DNA of 64,000 nt from Candidatus Avelusimicrobium sp. (lineage in GTDB: Bacteria > Elusimicrobiota > Elusimicrobia > Elusimicrobiales > Elusimicrobiaceae): assembly GCA_045593365.1 (NCBI GenBank), contig JAZNWO010000060.1:3350-67349 (forward strand). Direction: 5' to 3'. The position numbers were made by a program, and so were the translations under genes. Under the pieces are notes generated by a model. The model saw only the letters and a program-made list of their open reading frames with translations. It ran no database searches and was not told where the DNA came from. Positions 58,318-64,000 of this stretch are shown here, in pieces (the first letter of the stretch is position 1; each line of letters opens with the position of its first letter).

Positions 58318-59188
58318 TTGCATTTCCTCCGTCAATAGTAGGGATTTGTGTGGCAGGAATTAAGGCGCTTGCATCCAGTGATGCTACGCCATTGGCAGCC
58401 GCTTTTTGCGACAGCGGCATATAGGTGCTGGCAGCATTAGTTTGTGTTAAATACGTATTTGCTGCAGCAGTTTGTGTCAGGTAGATACTGGCAGCGTCTG
58501 TTTTTTTCAAATAATTACTGCTGGCAGCTTCTTGTGTTAAATACGTTGCTGCTGCGCCGCTTTGGGTCAGATAGGTGTTCGCTGCGGTGCTGATATCCAA
58601 TTTTAACGCGTCGGCTGTTTGGCGGGCTAATTCCTCAGCAGCTATCGCTTCATCCGTGTGCGAATTAATAGCCGCTTGCGTATCATTGGCTGCAGTAGAA
58701 GCAGCACTTTGCGCCGAAGAAGCTGCGCTTTGTGCAGTTGTAACTGCGGTATTTAATTGGTTTAAATAAGCTTGGGCATCCGTTTGCATCGTGGAAGCCC
58801 CCGCAGGAAAAAGAATCGCCCTGTTAATTTTTTCAGCTAAATCTTGCGCGATCAGTATGGCTTTGTCATAGCCTGCTTCTAAAACAGAGGGATCCAAAGT
58901 TTCCTGCGCCCCAAAAGAAGTTTGCTGCAAGAGTGGAGTCGCACGCATAATCAGTAGTTTAGTACTGCTTGCCAAAGGAGAAGCGCCATTAGTTTGCAAC
59001 GGATAAGTCAACACCTTAGATACTTCATTGACGGAAAAATCCGCCGTTACAAGTTGTTGCGTACCATCTGAAGAAATGGTATAAATCTCCAAATCCTCTT
59101 TACTCAAAAAAGGAAATGGAATATCCCATTGGGTAGTACTGCCATTCCCGGTATACATGACTCGGTTGATAGAAACTGATACTGTCAT
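58310..59188 (-). CDS. T7-gp17-type tail-fibre anchor protein with five 10-aa YLT repeats
   Basis: YTGNGSTTQWDIPFPFL N-terminal domain; 30-bp-period repeats at 58424-58573. Confidence 0.8.
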   Translation of the reverse strand: MTVSVSINRVMYTGNGSTTQWDIPFPFLSKEDLEIYTISSDGTQQLVTADFSVNEVSKVLTYPLQTNGASPLASSTKLLIMRATPLLQQTSFGAQETLDPSVLEAGYDKAILIAQDLAEKINRAILFPAGASTMQTDAQAYLNQLNTAVTTAQSAASSAQSAASTAANDTQAAINSHTDEAIAAEELARQTADALKLDISTAANTYLTQSGAAATYLTQEAASSNYLKKTDAASIYLTQTAAANTYLTQTNAASTYMPLSQKAAANGVASLDASALIPATQIPTIDGGNANA

Positions 59189-60741
59189 TTTTTCTTCTCC
59201 TGTAAAGTAAGTAATTGTTTTAAATCTTGGGCCGCCTGTATATGAGATTGTGTGTCGTATCCGGCGGAAAACACGACATACTGCGCGTACTCGGCAGCAA
59301 CTGGAGAAAGCTGCATTTGTTGGCAAAATTGTCTCAAAGCTCCCCGTAATAATAATTCCTGTGCCGTTTGTTTTCCTGCTTGGACACTACAAAAGTGTTC
59401 CGTCAAACGCAACGCATCTGTCGCCGAAAGGTTTTGTGCTTCATAGGCTTTTAAGATATTGTCACGCGTGGAATTGGAAGCACTAATTTGCTCATACAAT
59501 CCATTAAATACGGCGGGATTTGATTGGCGGAACGGCTCTTGTTGCATAGCACGCAGGAATTGTTCCGACTGCTTAAACTGGGCGGCCGTGGAATAGTATT
59601 TTCCATTTGTCCATAGGCTCTGCGCAGGCTGTTGCGCAGCTTCTATTAAATGACGGCATAGTTGGGCCTCCTGCTGATATTGTACCGAAATTTCTTGGCG
59701 TAAACGGGCGTGCAAACTGGTTTGTATTTCATCAGCTGCAAGACCCGTTTCCCGGGCAGTTTGCTGCGCCCATTGTTCCAATTTGTCCGTCTGGATTTCT
59801 CTCTGTTCAGACACACATTGTGCATAGGCCCGTTGCCATATCTTTCCAACTGCCACATCCGCCGCCCGTGCAGATACCCTGGCTTGCAACAACTCTTGTT
59901 CCCGGGCAGGTAAGCTGTTTTGAAAATGCCGATACACTTGCTGCGCTTGTTCTACTTCTCCGCTTTGTAAAGCCACTTCTATATTATGCCGGATGGCCGA
60001 GGTATATAAATTTTGCTTTTGCAGCTGCCATTTTTGCACGGATTGTCCGGCCGGATAACCTTCGTGTTGCGCCGCCGATAAATTAGCTTCTATGTATTGC
60101 TGCAAAGCAGCAGGTTGGCGGATGAGCCCGGCTACTTGAATAAAATTTCCGGCACTTTGTAAAAATTGCTCTTGCTGTTCCTGAGCGGTTTGTTGCTCTT
60201 GAATATGCTGTACCTCTTGGCGCAGTACGGCATAATCTTGTACCAATAAATGCTCATCCGGATTTTTTACCGTTATGCCAGCAGCTTGTGTACGTGCTTG
60301 TTGCACAAAGTAACTGTCTAATTTGGCAGTCGCATTTTGTAAATCCATTTCCTCCCCGCCGTTTGTTTCCGCTTGTCCAAAAAGCCGGGTACGGCTAAAA
60401 TTTAATAAGGCTTGCCGGGCCGGGGAAGTAAACCCCTTATAAACAGTTGTTGGAGATGTAGTCGGCGTATATGCAGATTCCCCCTCTTGCTTTCCTCCTT
60501 TTTTACGTTCCTGTTCCTTACGAGCCTCCTCTAAAGCCTGCTGTCGTTTTCTCCGTTCCTCCTCTTTCTTTTGTTCCCAGGCTTTATACAACCGCCCGGC
60601 TCCTTCCATCACACCGCCAATAGCTGCTAGCGTACTCCACTTTTTACTGCGGAACGCTTCCTGCATAGGAGTAGCTATTTTTACATCTCGTGCATACCCT
60701 CGTTGATATGCCATTTGTTTTTGATAACTGGGTATTTTCAT
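59185..60741 (-). CDS. Putative internal virion (ejection) protein
   Basis: MKIPSYQKQ start, helical Gln/Ala-rich body, position after the gp14-like gene. Confidence 0.6.
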   Translation of the reverse strand: MKIPSYQKQMAYQRGYARDVKIATPMQEAFRSKKWSTLAAIGGVMEGAGRLYKAWEQKKEEERRKRQQALEEARKEQERKKGGKQEGESAYTPTTSPTTVYKGFTSPARQALLNFSRTRLFGQAETNGGEEMDLQNATAKLDSYFVQQARTQAAGITVKNPDEHLLVQDYAVLRQEVQHIQEQQTAQEQQEQFLQSAGNFIQVAGLIRQPAALQQYIEANLSAAQHEGYPAGQSVQKWQLQKQNLYTSAIRHNIEVALQSGEVEQAQQVYRHFQNSLPAREQELLQARVSARAADVAVGKIWQRAYAQCVSEQREIQTDKLEQWAQQTARETGLAADEIQTSLHARLRQEISVQYQQEAQLCRHLIEAAQQPAQSLWTNGKYYSTAAQFKQSEQFLRAMQQEPFRQSNPAVFNGLYEQISASNSTRDNILKAYEAQNLSATDALRLTEHFCSVQAGKQTAQELLLRGALRQFCQQMQLSPVAAEYAQYVVFSAGYDTQSHIQAAQDLKQLLTLQEKKK

Positions 60742-60750
60742 AATAACTCC

Positions 60751-61257
60751 TTATCTGCTGCCCAGTAAACTGCTCACAGCTGTTCCAAACCGGGCTAAAA
60801 ATCCGCTGCGGTTGCGACGGGCACGCTCATATTGTTTCGCCTGGCTGCGATATTGTAAGGCTTCTAAAGAAGCCTGGGTATTGGTCTCGTAAATTTCACG
60901 GTTCATATTTTGCTCTAACATTTCTTGGTCTAACTGTGCCTGCAAACGGCTATTTTTTAAAATCAATTGCACCGTCGCTGACTGACTGCCCAATCCGTTG
61001 GCAGCCAAAACTGTTTTTTGTTGGCCTAATAATGCCTCATAATTTCGTGCCAATTCGGTATTTTGCGCTGCGGCATCTTGAAAAATATATTCCGTGTTCC
61101 GTCTGGCTGTTTCTTCTATTTGCTTAGCCTGTTCATTGGCAGCTTTAGCCATAGAACGGTAATATTTCCGCTCTGCAGCATCCTCTCCTAATAAAGAGGC
61201 AGCGGTAGATAAAACACTTCCGCCTGTAAACAAAAGTCCTCCGATTGCTCCTCCCAT
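60751..61257 (-). CDS. gp14-like internal virion protein
   Basis: Small hydrophobic N-terminus, LLGQQKTVLAANGL..GSQSA pattern. Confidence 0.65.
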   Translation of the reverse strand: MGGAIGGLLFTGGSVLSTAASLLGEDAAERKYYRSMAKAANEQAKQIEETARRNTEYIFQDAAAQNTELARNYEALLGQQKTVLAANGLGSQSATVQLILKNSRLQAQLDQEMLEQNMNREIYETNTQASLEALQYRSQAKQYERARRNRSGFLARFGTAVSSLLGSR

Positions 61258-61279
61258 ACGATTCTCCTTCTATGAATTT

Positions 61280-61786
61280 TTATTGCCATTGATATAATGC
61301 AAAGGGTATTTCCGGGGCCGCCAAATAAAATAATTTTCCGGCAGGCCGTGCACCTAAATGACACAAGTAATGCGCGGCCTGTTCATAACGCACATCGCAC
61401 GCGGCATATAGATGCGGATAATAATGTTTAAAAAAATCTATGACCCGTTTAGAAACACGCCAAAAAGATTTCGGACATTTTTCCACTCCTATTCCCGTCC
61501 AAGACCATACACACGCTTGAGCCCCCAACAGACTGGACGGCTCTAATCCGGCCACCGCACATACTTCTCCCCGGTACCGAAAAGCCACGGCGCATACACT
61601 GCGTGCGGCACACAATTGTAATCCCTCCCGTACCGGTAATTGATAACACGCCTCTAATTCCTGTTTGTCTTTCTCCCGCAAGGCAGGCGCTAACTCCTCC
61701 AAATGCGCTTTACAAAGCTGCTCCAAACTAATATCATAGGAGATAGCCGCCGTTAACAAGGAGGAAAGTATGTTAACCCTTTTCAT
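61280..61786 (-). CDS. gp13/DUF2833-like acetyltransferase-fold phage protein (start uncertain)
   Basis: LEELAPALREKDKQELEA..VWSWTG..YLCHLG pattern; position after tail tubular B. Confidence 0.55.
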   Translation of the reverse strand: MKRVNILSSLLTAAISYDISLEQLCKAHLEELAPALREKDKQELEACYQLPVREGLQLCAARSVCAVAFRYRGEVCAVAGLEPSSLLGAQACVWSWTGIGVEKCPKSFWRVSKRVIDFFKHYYPHLYAACDVRYEQAAHYLCHLGARPAGKLFYLAAPEIPFALYQWQ

Positions 61787-62519
61787 TTTCGCCCTAATCG
61801 TTGTATCGGTTGTGTATGGAATTTTCTTCTTAATTTTCAAATTGCTTTGGTTGTTGTTTAAAAGCAAACGCAATTTATGGCCGCTGGTGTGTGCTGGTGT
61901 GGCAACAGCAAGCGTATTTTTATTAATCGGCATAACCGGATATCAACTGTATAAACAATTGGCTGCACCGTTTCAACCTATTATCCTGGCGGCGCGCCAA
62001 CAGACGCAGCCTGTTATCGGACAGCGGGAGTATACTGATCCCCGCTACGGGTTTCATCTGACACTGTACAATGCCACCACACTGAGCCATTGGATTGCAT
62101 TGGATCCTGTAGACCAAACACATATGCTGGTCGGTTTTGATACCAATATATTACTCAAAGACAATACCCAAGACGCTGCTGCGTTTGAAGGATTTCTTTT
62201 ATTGCATCAAATTGTTCGGCAGCCCCAAACGGACGCTTTACCGCTCGCCCAAGCCTTAGCCCGTCAGGTGCAGCAAGCCCAGTCGCCCCGGGGGGAAATC
62301 CGTTTGCTGGGCGAACCCGTTTCTATAGACGTAGGACCGGACGCAAGCGGAGCCGTAGTGTATGGCGAATTAATCTCTGATCAATTACCCCACAAAATAA
62401 ACCTTATCGGATTAGTCGCCGTCCGGGAAAATACCTGTTATTACGTGATAGGCTTTGGCGGGCCAACCTCTGCAGTATCAGAAATGATTACCAGTTTTCG
62501 CCTGCCGGCTATTCCATAA
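61770..62519 (+). CDS. Membrane-anchored hypothetical protein inserted antisense in the tail operon (moron-like)
   Basis: AAGGAGG RBS, two N-terminal TM segments, own terminator at about 62542-62573. Confidence 0.75.
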   Translation: MLTLFIFALIVVSVVYGIFFLIFKLLWLLFKSKRNLWPLVCAGVATASVFLLIGITGYQLYKQLAAPFQPIILAARQQTQPVIGQREYTDPRYGFHLTLYNATTLSHWIALDPVDQTHMLVGFDTNILLKDNTQDAAAFEGFLLLHQIVRQPQTDALPLAQALARQVQQAQSPRGEIRLLGEPVSIDVGPDASGAVVYGELISDQLPHKINLIGLVAVRENTCYYVIGFGGPTSAVSEMITSFRLPAIP

Positions 62520-62571
62520 AAACACGTGCTTTTTTAATTTTCCGCACCCGTTTACAGAGTGCGGGATTTTT

Positions 62572-64000
62572 TTAAGCCAGTTGTGCCACAATAGCCAGTA
62601 CTGTCAGCGGAAGCGGATCTTTTTGTAACACGGTTACCGACGGGAAATAACCATGCGAAGAAGAAAACATTTTGCGTACTTCTTTGGTTTGCAAGGCGGC
62701 TGCCCCTCCGTAAGATACTAACGGGGCATATAATAATTCATCTAATTTCCCGTTGTCTGCCCCTACATATCCGCCACGGCTATCCAATACCCGCAGCATA
62801 GCTTGTACCAGCCGCCGCTTGCGGTCTGCCGCCGTGCCGTCTTGCAAACTATATTCTACAGGTAATGTTTGTAATTTGGCCTGATATCCCAGCCCGACAT
62901 GAACGGTGTGGACCGCCCGCGGTAAAACCAACACTCCGTTTTGCACAGATAACCCTTTGATCGGACTCCCGTCAGCGAGTACCGTTACTTGCTGTCCGTT
63001 TAAGTGGGTTAAACCGTTTACCTGCGTAAAAGATTGGGTATTTTTTTGCGACACGCTGGCATCTAAAAACACCTGGTCCTCCGGTTCTTGGCTGGGTAAG
63101 CGGGCTAACATCCGCTCAATAAAAATACCGTTTTCACGCTGCACCAAAAACCAAGTTTCATCATATCCGTACGATGGAATACTACAGACACTAAGGAAAC
63201 TTCCTTGGGTTTGGTGTTGTGTCCAAGCCAGTACTGCTTCCTCTGCCATATAGGTCAAGGATAATAAACTTCCGTCATCCAATACGCACCAAATTAAATT
63301 ATCGGGTTCCTGTTGATATGCCATTTCCTTAATCGTGCGGTTTAAAAACAAATGCTTGGCGCGCAAAGTTACATCACGACCCGTATAGGAATCACTCGTA
63401 TATTCATAATAAAAATCACGTAATACGCTGCCACGCGATTGCACATACAAGGTACGGTTTCCTACCACAATGGGTGCAATGGCTTTAGCCCCGCGTTCCC
63501 CCTCCTGTGCTACTTCCAAATTATACGGAGTTAATGCCCCGGAACAACCAATGCTCCATTCACTGCCTGCCGTAAAGACTAATAATTTAGCCCCCACGGC
63601 TACTGCATTAATCGCATTTAATTTTTTACTGGACAAATTCAGGCTTATAGCGTCGGAATCTTGCACCGTACGGTGATAGCCAAAATCCTCGTATTCGCCC
63701 GTTTTAGAAAACCATACGCTCTGCGGTTCGCGTGCGGTTCCGGCAAATCCCAAACGGTCTTGATAAAAGAAAACACAACACGGATAACCCGCATCCGGAC
63801 TAAAAGCCCCTTCCGCCCAATCCGAAGTCCACACTCCTACTTCACCAGGCTGCCGTTCGATGGTTACATGGACTCTGCGGGCATTTACATAATTTTGTAG
63901 TTTAACAATCCCTTCCTGGCTAAAGGCTTCTGCCTGTAAAATATATCCCATTTCGCCGGAAATTCCCAGGCAGCGCACCCGTAAGTAACGCATCTTGGCG
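62572..64000 (-). CDS. Tail tubular protein B (nozzle, gp12-like), 5' truncated by window
   Basis: FYQDRLGFAG..VWFSKTGEYEDF, YVQSRGSVLRD, YQQEPDNLIWCV and FLDAS motifs; frame open to the window edge. Confidence 0.88.
   Translation of the reverse strand, partial: AKMRYLRVRCLGISGEMGYILQAEAFSQEGIVKLQNYVNARRVHVTIERQPGEVGVWTSDWAEGAFSPDAGYPCCVFFYQDRLGFAGTAREPQSVWFSKTGEYEDFGYHRTVQDSDAISLNLSSKKLNAINAVAVGAKLLVFTAGSEWSIGCSGALTPYNLEVAQEGERGAKAIAPIVVGNRTLYVQSRGSVLRDFYYEYTSDSYTGRDVTLRAKHLFLNRTIKEMAYQQEPDNLIWCVLDDGSLLSLTYMAEEAVLAWTQHQTQGSFLSVCSIPSYGYDETWFLVQRENGIFIERMLARLPSQEPEDQVFLDASVSQKNTQSFTQVNGLTHLNGQQVTVLADGSPIKGLSVQNGVLVLPRAVHTVHVGLGYQAKLQTLPVEYSLQDGTAADRKRRLVQAMLRVLDSRGGYVGADNGKLDELLYAPLVSYGGAAALQTKEVRKMFSSSHGYFPSVTVLQKDPLPLTVLAIVAQLA

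Larger units (their letters stand above)
54480..64000 (-). mobile_element. Podovirus-like prophage (tail and lysis module), continuing beyond the window
   Basis: Contiguous minus-strand operon: tail tubular B, gp13/gp14-like, internal virion, tail fibres, endolysin, holin, spanins. No integrase, capsid or att site visible. Confidence 0.85.

Noticed and set aside
1-64000. CRISPR array, rRNA, transposase or integrase
   Set aside because: No regularly spaced repeat-spacer units, rRNA-like tracts or DDE/tyrosine recombinase motifs were seen.

Overview
This is a bacterial chromosome segment. The many PilE-like genes with HydABC, NfnAB and the glycine cleavage system suggest Elusimicrobiota (Elusimicrobium-like gut anaerobe); this is an inference, as no taxonomic marker was searched. 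Bases 1-54.4 kb are mostly housekeeping: GH57, PhoH, ispA-dxs-LOG, leuS-lptE-holA, electron-bifurcating [FeFe]-hydrogenase hydABC, nfnAB, rlmI-pyrE-asmA, gcvTHPAPB-lplA, msrA, cca, tRNA-Arg(UCG), yebC-ruvC and rpsB-tsf-pyrH-frr. A 1774-aa secreted/MFS fusion ORFan also lies here. From about 54.5 kb to the right edge is the late (tail and lysis) end of a podovirus-like prophage. The main signal is ten type IV pilin-like genes scattered mostly singly between housekeeping genes. Eight are preceded by the same sigma70-type promoter, TTGACT-(C/T)G-T(11-13)-G(G/C)-[-10]. These eight are the only homopolymer runs of 11 nt or more that I found in the window. Tract length sets the -35/-10 spacing at 15, 16 or 17 bp, and only one gene (53834-54328) has the optimal 17. 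Palindromic REP/REPIN-like elements occur only at these pilin loci, and in four genes they are translated in frame as 49-55-aa prepilin leaders. Together this looks like a dispersed, slipped-strand phase-variable pilin repertoire with repeat-associated promoter/leader cassettes. All switching and expression statements are predictions from sequence alone.
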